A stretch of 64,000 nt of DNA, from the NCBI GenBank assembly GCA_001643675.2, contig LSRY02000048.1, positions 62,001-126,000 of the forward strand, read 5' to 3'. Positions 41,427-53,537 of the stretch are shown in pieces; position 1 is the stretch's first letter; each line of letters starts with the position of its first letter. The DNA is from Monocercomonoides exilis PA203 (Eukaryota > Protista > Preaxostyla). Below the pieces are notes generated by a model. That model was not told the origin of the DNA and did no database searches. It saw only the letters and a list, made by a program, of their open reading frames with translations. The translations under genes and the position numbers were made by a program.

Positions 41427-44400
41427 TTAAACCTGTGTGACGTAATGACAAATGACGTGAAATTTTTCATTTCTGACGGACTTAACGAAAACTTTCACGT
41501 CAGTAGTTTATTATCGTTATTTCAGAAGAAATAAAACGAAAAGGAATTGTCAACTTTATTCTTTTCATTTTCATATAATTTTTTAACATTAAAAAATTCA
41601 CTCTCACATTGTTTTATTTTTTTTATGCAAAATTCAAAATATTTATTTCAATGGGATACTGACGAAAAGGCAAAAAAGGAATTTCAGATCGTCATTGACC
41701 GTCATGCCCGTCATGTCAAGTCAGAGTCTCCATGAGTTAATCAAAAAAGCAAATTTTAACTCTTTGGCAAAAGAGTTGCATTTGTCTTTGTCTCCAATAA
41801 AATGGTTTGAGATATAAAGTTTTTTTTGAGCTTTTGTCAAGATAATATTGCTGAAATCAAAATAGATTGTCTATTGTGAAGAACAAATGAAGAAAATATC
41901 ACTGCGAGTCAATTCAATAAAACATCCAGCTCGAAGTTTCATTTGCAAATGATTTATTTGTTCAAATGAAGTGATTTTCACGAACTGGTTTTCAGAAGTT
42001 AATAAAGAACATCACCTTACGCATTTCATTTCTTCAGAATATTCGCTCCTCGTTGTTTGTTTTCGTCTCTTCGTTTCTTAAACAAATATAATGAAAATTC
42101 AACATCGATAAATTTATCTTCAAAGAATATTGATTTCGAATTTTTCATTCAACCATCTCTTCTGACAATGCAAATTTGCATTTATCCATTTCATCAACCG
42201 ACAAGAAACATCAATCTTCTTCGACTTTGCCACCGGAGAAATTGGTTATTATTTCTCTGAAATTCCAGCTGAACAACCGACTTATGAATTTTTCACTGAA
42301 AACAATAAGACAGAAGCAATTTCTTTGAATAATGCTGATATTTATTATAATGTTGTTGAAAATAATGAAATGGAAAAATAGAAATTTTTTGTACATTTTT
42401 TTAAAGCGCACGTATAGGACGGAGATTAGCAATATATGCCTTCATAGCTTTCTAGGGCTTTTTCGCTCTTTGCATGTTCGCGAGTTAGGTTTGGGCAATC
42501 ACTTGAATGCATCATATATATGAAGATGAAAGACATTGAATGATTATTGACAGTTGATTAATAGAAGATAAAAATATTTTTTAAAAAATATTCTATTCAT
42601 ACACTTGATAATTATTATTCTTTGATCCATATCACATCATATAGAAAGAAAAATATTATAAGAAATATTTGGAGACTGTTTATCTTTGTTGTTATTCGGA
42701 TAAAATGAAATGAACGAAGAATTAACCTCAAAAATTGTTGAAAAAGCATTATATTCGCTAAGTGGCTTTTGTTTACAACGAAATCGCAGAGAGTTGGAGG
42801 AGTTGAGTGTGAGGGAGTTTGTGAGGGAGGTGAGGTGGAAGATGCTTTGACTGTTGAGGGCGAGACTGGTGATTGCTGTGTGGTTGAGGGCGAGGGAGCC
42901 AGCAGTGAGGAAGAAGAGGGGGGTTGTGATTGATGATGAAGATGAGGTTGCTCCGGTGATGGTTGTTGTGTTGAGATTGAGGGAAGGGGAGTTATTGGAG
43001 AGGTGGAAGAGGATGGGGGCGATGGGGTTTGAGGAGTTGTGGGCGATGGTGAGGGCTGAAACTGTGAGGGAGCCCTGAGTTTGTTGGAAGAGGGCAGACG
43101 AGGCAGATGGATCTGGTGAATAAGATGTTGATAAAGGAAATGAAGAAGAAGAAGCTGGTTGGGAAATGCCACTGGAGGTGATAGTGGTGGCATCTGTTCC
43201 GTTTCCTGTGATTTTTGTATCAATTGCATTGAAAGTGAGTGTTTGAAGAGGAACAAATGTTGAGGTGAGGAGGGTGAGAGAGGCGTCGTGGAGGAGGGAA
43301 ATGAAGCCGTTGAGGGCATACTCGATGGTGGCACATGGGGTCTGTTGGGGTCTGCCACAGGCATCAGCATCAGTTCCGCTGTTAGAAACGATTTTGTTCT
43401 GGGCGATGAGAGGGAGCCAGCCATTATACACAGCGTTATCAGCTTGTCCAGTATTATACACTCTTTTAGTTGGAGTTGTTGAGCCACAATTCTCAAACGG
43501 GGATTGAGTGATTGCATTACCACTGAAGAACACATCATTCCCCCTGCCGTTTGTTGCTGTGTTTCCATCGAAGAAACAGAAAGTGATGAATTTCATTCCA
43601 TTCATCCAAGAGTAAGTTCCATCAAAGTATATTCCTGCTCCGCCATAAGTGGAAGAGGCAGTCAGATTGTTACTGATGAACTGACACTCAATGATTGAAA
43701 ACTGACTTGGTTTATTTTGTGGAGGCCAATGAAATGTGAGAGAGCCAGCAGAATCACCACCAGAATTTGCGATACACTAACATTTGGAAAACAGGAATTG
43801 AGCATCTGAGGGTATGTAATAGAGGGAAAAGTACCAACCAGTTCCACACCAATCTGTTATTGAGCAACTTTCCACTCTGTTATCTGAGAATGTCCAAACA
43901 GAATAAGGTTGATTGCAATACAAATAAGCAGCTCCTTCATGCAGAGCGGTGCAAGTGGTGAAATTGGATTTTGCTATATTAACATTTAGCAGATATAAGC
44001 AATCAAACGCTCCGGCATGATCGCTGGTCGAACAGTTGAAATATAAACATAAAGCAATTAACAGATATGCATTTGCCCATTCAACACAAAGTGCTCTTCC
44101 ACAACTTGACCCTCCGTTTGAATCATTCCTTTCACACCATTAAAAACGATGACTGTTTAAATCGAATAAAATTAATTATCCTGGTGTTTATCTTTGAGTT
44201 TCTGTTCTTACATGCACCACAGCAGCATTTGATGAAGTGCATGTCTGAAAAATGAAGTTGTTTGTTTTAAATTGAAGGTTGAATCGATGAAAGAGCGTGG
44301 GGACAGGAAAGGATGCGGAGGTAATGATGAAAAAGAGAAATCTTTTAAAATATTCTTTGAAAAAATTCAACAAACATTCAAACATAAGAGGCATCAGTGA

Positions 44401-44863
44401 TTGTCTAAAATAAGCAATAAAGAAATGAAATACTTGAGAATAGTGGGCAGAAATATGAAAATTTGATTGAAAAAAGAAAAAACATCAAAATGAAAAATCA
44501 GAGAGTTTTAAATAATATTAAACCGTATAAGTGCTAGATACATCAATCGTTATGTGAAAAGTAGTGCAGTGACACATTATGAACATTATTGTGCAAATGA
44601 GGTATTGGATCTCTGATTAAAAGCAACTCATTCTTAATTTAAAATTGAAATCGATTTATGGGAAAAAGAAAATCAAATCAAAAATTGTTCCTTTCAAAAA
44701 TTATTTCAAATAAACTTTTTATTCAAAAATAAAAAATGTTAACTATAAATAATTTGAAATCATTTTTCTTTATAGAAAAAAAAAAAAAAAAAAAACCACT
44801 GACGTGACCAAAATTCACTGACGGACGTGAAGACAAAAATTTCATCACGTCACACAGGTTTAA
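41427..44863. mobile_element. TIR element (TTAA-ACCTGTGTGACGT ends, subterminal TGAC repeats), 3.4 kb, with cargo
   Basis: TTAAACCTGTGTGACGTAATGA at 41427 and its reverse complement (one mismatch) ending at 44863; flanked by (TA)n on both sides. Confidence 0.8.
42637..44150 (-). pseudogene. Fragment of Cys-rich putative surface protein family inside the 3.4-kb element
   Basis: ORF 42637..43605: FCFFDGNTATNGRGNDV, CGRPQQTPCATIEYA, S/T-rich beta-repeat character. Broken upstream continuation to ~44150; abrupt 3' truncation at ~42785. Confidence 0.7.
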
Positions 44864-44904
44864 TATATATATATATATATAATTTTTTTTTACTTTTTTT
44901 TTTT

Positions 44905-44937
<33 letters not shown>

Positions 44938-45271
44938 GATAGAAAATGTCAGATTAAAAATTTTTTTGTCACAATTTGTCATTGACCTTCACTGACTGAC
45001 ACTGACAAAAGAGAAAATGGTAGATATTTTTCATTCTATCATCTAATTTTTTCCAAAGCTTTTTGAAAAAATTTTAAAAGATTTCGCAATAATTCGTATT
45101 ATTCTGTTTTTAATTAATGAATAAATATATATATATATATATATTGACGGACAAGGCTCCAAGTTATTTGTCAGTTTACAGAAGATTACACCTTATTTCT
45201 GCAACATAAATATTTAAACCTTTTCAAATCGATCCTCCAACAAATACCAATTATTATTAAAAATGAGAATT
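44864..45271. repeat. Segmental duplication, copy 2, right part
   Basis: Matches ~28191..28569. Confidence 0.93.
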
Positions 45272-46018
45272 TATTCTTAACTGTTGTTCAATTTGTGAAC
45301 AAAAATAAATATTTTCCAATTTGTCACGTCAATAAATGGTATTTGCTTGTTTGTCTATTTCAAGAAAAAGCGAGAAGTGTTCCGCTGTTTGGCAATACAT
45401 GGAAAAAATTTCATCCAACCAAGTGTCTGAGCTGCTGGAGTTCATGCTGTTGCATACAAACAAGGTGAAAGCTATTTCAGCAAGAATTCAGAAAATGTTT
45501 TATGGTTTGTTATATTTATTATTATTTGTTATAATCAATCATCAAACAATTCACATAACTTCATCAGATACAAACAATTTTATTTTAATGAGAATTGCCA
45601 GCATTTATAACAACGAACAAAACATCCACATAAAAGTTGCATTATTAAAGAGTGTCTGTCATGAAGACTCTCTTTCGCATTTTCTACAATTTGGATTCAG
45701 CTGTTCGGACGGCAACTACAACCACTTAAAACAGAACAGCAGCAATCTCTCATTTGAAATGTCTTTGCAAAAGAAACCTCCAATTCCACCCTCAAAAAAA
45801 AGTTTCCTTTAATATTTTTCGAAAAGTTATTAATTTTCTTTTTTTTTAAAAAAAATAAATGTTAAGAATTATCAAGAGAAGATAAATCGGCATTTCAGAA
45901 ATATTTATTGGAAAATTCCACTGAATTGTCTGAAAATATCAGTCGCATTTCCAATTCGAAAAAAAGTCATTTTTTTAAATTTTTTTTTGTATCAATAATA
46001 ATAGTTGTTAAATCTTGA

Positions 46019-47430
46019 TTGACAAACATTATGAATTTCCTTTTTCTTCAAACAGAAAAAGATCATTCTATTTCCTTTGATGATGATTTTTCGATCATTA
46101 ACTATGATTCATTAATGGAGGAAGAATTCGATCCTTTGAAAAATAACTTCATGTCTGAAGAAAATTCAACACATGAATTATCAGGAATGAGCACTGAGCA
46201 TCTGCCAAACGAAGCTGCAATTGATTTGGAAGTTTTTAATAAGGAATCCCAATCAGATTTTCAGAATGAAGTTGAAAAAACAATTGCTCAAACACATTTG
46301 ATTATTTGAACAATTGTGAAGAACTTTGAAATGACGACGACTGCAATTCGGGATATTTGATTGACAGCGACATTCGCATGGAAATTGACTATTGTTATTC
46401 CTCAGGCAACCAAATTGATATTCGAATCGATAATACAATGACCGAATCAGATTCCTATCCGAACAGTCATCAAGAGATTGAATTGAAGCTAACAACCGAT
46501 TATCGGCAATGCTGAAATTTTAGGGATTACGAAATTACGGCAACACTTGTTGTTTAGCATCCATCATTCAAATATTTAGAGTTATTGTGACTCATTGTGG
46601 CAAGATTCAAAAAAGAAAAGGAAAACTGTCTTCATTTCATACAAAATTGTGCTCAATTGTGTATTGCTCATCGAAAAGTTCATCATCAACGCATTCATTT
46701 GACAATTATTCGTGGACGGAGCCTTTTGCAAGAAATTGGGAAAAAAGGCACTGGCTTGAGCAAAGAACTCAACAAGAATTTTATCTCACATTTTCAAATA
46801 TGTTCAGCGATCTAATCTGTGCGCTGCCAGAATTGAAAAACTTGATGAATATGAAGGCAACATTCCCAAGAATTTGCTGTTGTTGTGGTTCCAAAACAAT
46901 TGGTGCTTTGGAATCAACACCAGTCATTCGAATTTGTGGAAAAGATATTATTCAATTATTCAGTGAATCGTTTTCCACAGAAAATTAAAATTCAAATTAC
47001 AAGGAAGCGTTTTGCACGATTTGCTAACAAACAACGAATCATTATTCATATCAAAAATTACAATTATTTCCATAATTTTTGCCATTTCTTTGAAAAGGAA
47101 TTCAAACAAACAAAGCGAGTATATTCATATTGATAAAAATGTTTTCTTTCATTAGGAAAATTGTGAAATGAAGGCTTTTTCAAAATATCAAAATGGATCT
47201 CCTAATTATTCACTAACTGTTCTATTGTTTCGCACTGACAATAAGGAAAATAGTGACTTCTTTTCCTTGTGCAAGCATAAAAGTTTATTTAACAGTCAAC
47301 CAGACAATCAAGTTGACAATTGGATTTATTGCAATGACTCAACCGTTACACACATTGGAAGCAACATCAAATCGACTGCAGATAAACTATCCAGTCATTG
47401 AAATGAAGCGATTTTTTATGTTTACGCTCA
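46019..47430 (+). pseudogene. USP/peptidase C19-like gene, disrupted (USP-4)
   Basis: GLRNYGNTCCLASIIQIF at 46524, in frame with ORF 46587..46988 (CCCC). C-terminal YSL...WIYCNDSTV in ORF 47168..47401; catalytic His not retained. Confidence 0.78.
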
Positions 47431-49145
47431 AGTATACAGTGAAGGTGTTCATTTGATTGATGTTCAAGTTTCTCCGACGCTCATGAGCAGTTCTTTTAAT
47501 TCACATCAACTAGATTTGACCAAAAATCCTTTTCCAACAGTCTAGAACTCTTTTCATCAAAAATTCTTCTTTCTTCATCATTTCAACATAACGCTCCTCA
47601 AAATCCTTACTTTGAATGTATTTCAATTATTTCAAACACTTTTTAAACCACATCGCTTCATTTTAATACGAATGCTTCACACATTTCGTCCATTGAGTCA
47701 GATGAATATCTTTCTCTTCATTAGCTTTAATCAAAGAAAAACAAAACTTAATCATTTGTTTTCTCATCTTCCTCTCCAACAAACGTTAATCAATCAAAAA
47801 AATCAATCATCACCAACTCTCCCAAAGATATGTCAAATCAAAAAACTCAAAATAAATTATCCACAACATCCCCTCATCAACAATTCAACTCATATCATTT
47901 ATCGAATTTATCTGAAGGATATGGAAAAATGAGTTCAAAGAGTATAACAAACAAATACAAACGACAAATTAGGCTTATAAATACTCCAAAATCAAAACTG
48001 TTTGAAAAATTCAAGGTATTAGACATTGATAATGTCACTCGGTAAATTCTTCAAAAGGACTACTCACTTGAAACGTGGAAAAAAATCAGATCTTTGTGAT
48101 CTTTGTCAGAAATTTGTTTAACTCCAGAAGAGGAAGAGAACTTTTACGATGCAAGAAAAATAACTTTATTCAAATGAAAATGTGTCAATGTTATTGATCG
48201 AGAATCATAAGATAAAAGCAACCGATGAATAATCTCACTTTCGTCTCTTGAAAAATAACCTGTAGAAAAAATGAAGCGTTAATGTTGTTCGACTTTAAAG
48301 AAAACTGGAAAGTTTTCATGAAAAGAAATAGTGCCCGTCAGAGCTTCTATGATATACAAAAGATTTCTTATCAATACATTCTTGTCTTTCTGAGAAATAA
48401 AGAAAAAAGATTGATAAGCATATTTTAAATATTTTCCAAATGAAATATCTCACGATTATTGGCTAATAAATGACTATCTTGAAAAAGCGATGAATTTAAT
48501 GTTTTTTTTAACAAAAAAGAATACTTCATTTAATGTGTGACATTTGTACATATTTTTGGAACTCAGATATTTTATTTTAAATTTTTTATTTGATTCATCT
48601 AATTACGCTTATGGAAAGTGTTGCACGCTTTCATTCTTTTGCAAAAACATAGAAAACTGAATGTGAATGTGAATTTAGCTATTTTAACAAGGTGTATTTT
48701 TTTCAATAATATTGACGATGAATTGGAGCTGAACAATATTTATGAATTTTTTGTTTTATTGAAGAAAAACTCTCAGAACAGAATGAATCCAATAAAAAAA
48801 TTTAAATGAAGCATCTTATTCAATTTGAAGATACTATATGAAGTTTGTTTTCTTTATTTGGATTATAATTTTGAACAAAATTTTTTTTATTTCCAATTTC
48901 AGATACATCTTGAGTAATATTAAACAATGAAAGAAAATGGTAGTTCAGTTATTAAACAAGTCTGAATTTTTAGAAAGTTGGAGAAATGAACTATATCGTT
49001 CTGTTATATCTCCAGAAAACTCAAAGAGGGAATCAATAATAAATTTCTTGGAGTCACCATCAAAAGACGAACGGAAAAGTTTATGAGTTAGAATGTTTGA
49101 AGTCAAAAACTTTTACGAACTTTATTGAAATTCAAACACAAAATA

Positions 49146-49576
49146 CACCAAAAATTATTCAAAATGAGAATTTTTGCAATCGAATTAATAATTTTGCAAA
49201 CGAATTAATATTTTTTTCATTCAAAATAATAAATTTGCATTCAAATTAATAATTTTTGCATTCAAAATGAAAAAATTTCAAACGAAATGAAAATATTTGC
49301 ATTCGAAATGAAAACATTTTCTGTTTTCATCGGAATAAAAATTATATGAAATTATCAAAATTTTTGTCAGAAAATTTAAAATTTCAGAAAATTTTTAAAC
49401 GCCCATGAAAATGAAAACAACATGAAATTATTTCCGATTCAAAAGAAAAAAAATGATTTTCACAAAATTTAGTAAGAGAGTGAACAATTTTTTGTTTTGT
49501 TTTGAACAATTATTATTTCGAATGCAATTTTTATTTTTTTGAATGCAAAAATTCTCATTTTGAATAATCTTTGGTG
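49146..49576. mobile_element. MITE with CAC termini, TA TSD and ~20-bp subterminal tandem repeats
   Basis: TA|CACCAAAAATTATTCAAAATGAGAATTTTTGCA ... TGCAAAAATTCTCATTTTGAATAATCTTTGGTG|TA. Confidence 0.8.
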
Positions 49577-49770
49577 TATATATTTTTTTAATAAAATAAA
49601 TCTTCGTTTTTTTTTTTTTGTTATGACAATTTATATTCTCTGTTTGATTTTGATGTTTATTTATCATGTTTCAATTATAAGTTTTGAATGCAAAAATTTA
49701 TTTCCAAAAAGAACATTTATTGCTCAAGTTCTTATCAATTTATTTTTCCATTAACAAAAAGAAAAAATAA

Positions 49771-49845
49771 ACTTTCAAACTTTTTTGCACAAGGCATTGA
49801 AAAGCAACTTCACTCATATCTTTATTTCGCTTTTCACAGATTTCA
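49771..49845. repeat. Solo partial copy of the MULE-like TIR
   Basis: ACTTTCAAACTTTTTTGCACAAGGCATTGAAAAG...CAGATTTC aligns with the 13064 and 20365 TIRs. Confidence 0.65.
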
Positions 49846-49958
49846 AAAAAAATTCTACATGTCACAAAGCATTGTGTTGTGATATCAATGATACCAGTTT
49901 ATAGATATGACAACCCAATTTATTCTGAAATCAAATAAAGTCAAGAAAAGTTATAAGT

Positions 49959-50213
49959 GGGTGATTATTTTTTCAAACATATTTTTTCTTTCAGAATTTT
50001 CGGTTCAAAAATTTCACTTTTATATCAACAAAAGAGCACAAAAAAATGAAAAGGCTTATCAAAAACAACAACATATTAATTTGAACAAAAAGATTTATAT
50101 ATTTAACAATTGTGAAAAATACACAAATTGCAGACAAATTCTCTTCCCAGTGACAAATAACCTTTGAAAAATGAACACACCGATAAAAGTTGTGATTTCA
50201 AATCCAATCACCC
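49959..50213. mobile_element. Sola-like MITE (255 bp), degenerate
   Basis: GGGTGATT ... AATCACCC ends; internal similarity to the 31236 and 62165 MITEs; TSD not conserved. Confidence 0.55.
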
Positions 50214-50877
50214 ATATTAACTATTTTTCAATTATTTTTGAAAAATTTAACAAAAATGTTAATTAATTAATTAACACATTGTTTTCAAATAAGTATTTTT
50301 GTTTAATAATTTAAATTTTTTGATCAAAAAACACTTTCAAGATATAAATAATTTTTTCCTTTTCATTTCACGTAAAATATATCGAGAAAAGTTATTTTCG
50401 AAATTATTTTGGAAAATTTTTGTGTGAGTTTGTGTTGGTCTATGATAAATGTGAATTATGATACACAAAATATTTTCATTTAATTTATTCGATATAACAT
50501 ATAAATAATTTCATTTTTCCACAATATCAAAAAAGGTTACAACTTTTCCAAGTTAATATATATCTTTTATCTCCAATAGTCCTTTCAAGATGAGAATAAA
50601 ATTTTCAATGTGATGATTCGAAATGAATGCAATATAAATATTTTTTTGCTCATTTCAACTGTTCAGTATTTTTCAACATTAAAGTTGAAAACATTGGGAT
50701 TATCATGTGCTATTGAAAAACAAATATCAATCAGAAAATTTGTGGTGAGGCTTCTTGCTCAGACTGAAGTTGATTGGTTTGATAACATAAGACTTATTTC
50801 TTCTGTATTTCGAATCCGCATTTAATTCGAGTGAACCAATCTATTTGAAATACTTGCAGGATTTGCGATAAGCATTT

Positions 50878-53537
50878 TTACCTTTCCTCTGTTATCTGTA
50901 TATTCGAAGAATCAATTCTTCCGCAAGATCCAGTTTCTTCCACATCCTCCTGCTCAATTTCTTCCAAACTGCACGAACATCTTTCTGTTTTATCTATATC
51001 CATACTGATTGCGTCTCTTGTTTCGCTTTGATTTGAAGATGCATCTTCAAATCGAGTTTGACTGAATAAATGATTAATGGTTGTTGGACTAAGAGGTATG
51101 TGTGATTCATTGAATTCATCATTCTCTGCTTCCTGTTCAGCTTCAATGAGTCCGCTAATTTTTTCAAATTTTTCCTCACTTATTTCTTCACAATCATTTT
51201 CTTCACATGATGTATTCAAAGAACAATTCTCTTCAAGACATTTTATGATGGTTGCAAGAATATTATCATTTGATGTTTTTGGTCCAAGTGACGAAATAAT
51301 TTGTGTCGATAATAGAGGATTGGTGAATAAAGATGTAACTGTGTGAGGTCTTGAATTGATCTGATGTGTTTCCTTTTTGTTGTTGTCAATTGAAAGTCGT
51401 AATTCGGAAGCACTTAATGGTGAAACATTTTGAATTTGATCCTTTTTCAATATCTGTGAAGCTGCAAAAACCGTTGTTTCTGTTAGAAAGTGTGTTGGCT
51501 CACATTGATGACATATTGTTTTAGCAGAATAATCCGAGGATATATTCATTGAATGATTAGTTGAAAGATATGTATTTTCTGATGAATCAACGCGTATTTG
51601 AGAGGGAGGTCTATTCATCAGTGGATTGATGTGTGATTCTTTTGTTGTGTTTTGCTCAGAGGAAGACAATTGTGTTGCAGAACTCACAATTTCTTGTGAA
51701 ATTTTTTCATTTTTGGTTCCTGAATATTTTGTAGATTATAAATTCCTCAAATTCGTCGATTTCTTTGAAAAAGATCACGAAAACATTTTTTGTTTGTGCA
51801 ACATCTATCATTTGGGAGTTAATGAAAATGCAAGTGCAAGTTAATTTCCTCTTTCTCCTCCAAAAAAATAATTGGTCAACAAAATCATGCATTATTTTGT
51901 GTTCTGATTCCACTTTTCATCTTGAAACATTTTAAGTTCAGATATCCATGCATACTGAGCAAATTCACATAAAATTCATTGAAATACGTATCCAAGCTTT
52001 GACAAATTATCCTCAAAAATAAGATGCATTGTTTGTAGTGGGAAGAGAAGAACTTCGCATATTTTCACATCTGTTATTATTGATCTATCTGAGAAATGAA
52101 AATCGTGAATTAAATCAGTGTTTTTTCTAATAAAAAAAATGTTAAATAAACAAATCCAACGTGTTGAGATGAAAACTGGGCACTTGGGTTTCGATGTTTC
52201 CTTTGTTGCACGCTTTCTGTTATTCTTTGAAAACTGGACAATTGTTTCTTTCAAATCTTTCAGATATTAGTTAGAGTTAAACAAGTGTATTACAATCAGG
52301 TTTATCAAATGGTTGTTGCAGTAAATCAAGAACGGTATTATATCGTTATCAATAAAATTTGTACGGAATGTTTTCAAAGATTCATGTCTGTTTTTAATAA
52401 CAATTTTCTGAGACTGTCAGCCAACGGTGAATAAAGATCTCACATCCGATTCAATTTCTTTCATCTCTTAAATGATATTCATTGCCAACTCAGTGAATTG
52501 TTCTGAAGTTGCACAATGTTTCCTCAGCCCCTAAATCACTGGAAGTGCATTTGTTTGCAATGGGACAACAGAAATCACAATGTATTTCTTCACAGCAACA
52601 CTTCCTCCATCAAACATAATAGAAACATAAATATTTGATAGCGTTTCATTTCTCTCTTCGATATTTTTACTTTTTTCTTTTTCGATCACAGATGTGAGTT
52701 TTCTTTCAGAAAGAATGGAAAATACTGTTGTGTAAGGGAAAGTCGGATAAGCCTGAGATGTTTTTATAACTTCAGTAATAAACGCATTGAACTCATTAGA
52801 ATATGCCGATAAAAATGCAATGTTGCAACGACTAACAAGATGCAAAAACATCGAAATTAATGTGTTTAACTGAAAATAAGATACAGATTTGATATTTCGT
52901 AAATTGCATTCCTTTGGCAAGGCTTGTTTTTCAAAATATGGTACTATCGTTGTTGAATGCAAAGATGAACAATAATGATCATCAATGCGTTTTGTTTCTT
53001 TCCTTGTAAAAAACGTGCAGTTTATTCCACATTTGCAATTTGGGCATAAATTGGAATAATGACAGTCTTTTTTCAAAGAACCATCTGAAAGAACAGGGAA
53101 GTATGCTATCCACAGTTTTCCTTTGGCTTCTTCAAAATGAATTTTTCCAATCTTTTGTCCAGAATTGTTTTGGTGCTTGTTATCTGAATGCAAATAAAAA
53201 ATGTTACAAAAATCAAGACGAAAAAAATTAAAATGACATACAAACACAAGAAAAAAATGGTTGTTCTCCCTATAACCATTAATACCAGCGTACAGCAATT
53301 TTTATTCAATTCATCGATTTTCGCTTTGAATGCATCAAACAAAAATTGTTTTATTTTTCATAAACACATAGTCTATTTGTTGAGGCATTGGAATGTGATT
53401 GATCTTAAAGAAAAACTGTTTTCGATATTAACTAGTTGTTGTTTAAAATCAAAAATGCGTTTTTCATTCAAATTAAATACTTATTTGCATCTATCTTCTT
53501 GATCCCCTTCTTCACAAAAAATTTCCCTTGAACTCAT
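50878..53537 (-). pseudogene. hAT transposase with long Ser-rich/acidic C-terminal extension, disrupted
   Basis: VSIMFDGG, YCNNHLINLIV (CxxH, ~52320) and ISTRW motifs in hAT order. CAGGG putative terminus at 53596, just upstream of the ATG; partner TIR not found. Confidence 0.8.

Noticed and set aside
49150-49320. CRISPR-like periodic array
   Set aside because: Degenerate tandem units without unique spacers, inside a MITE; eukaryotic context and no cas genes.
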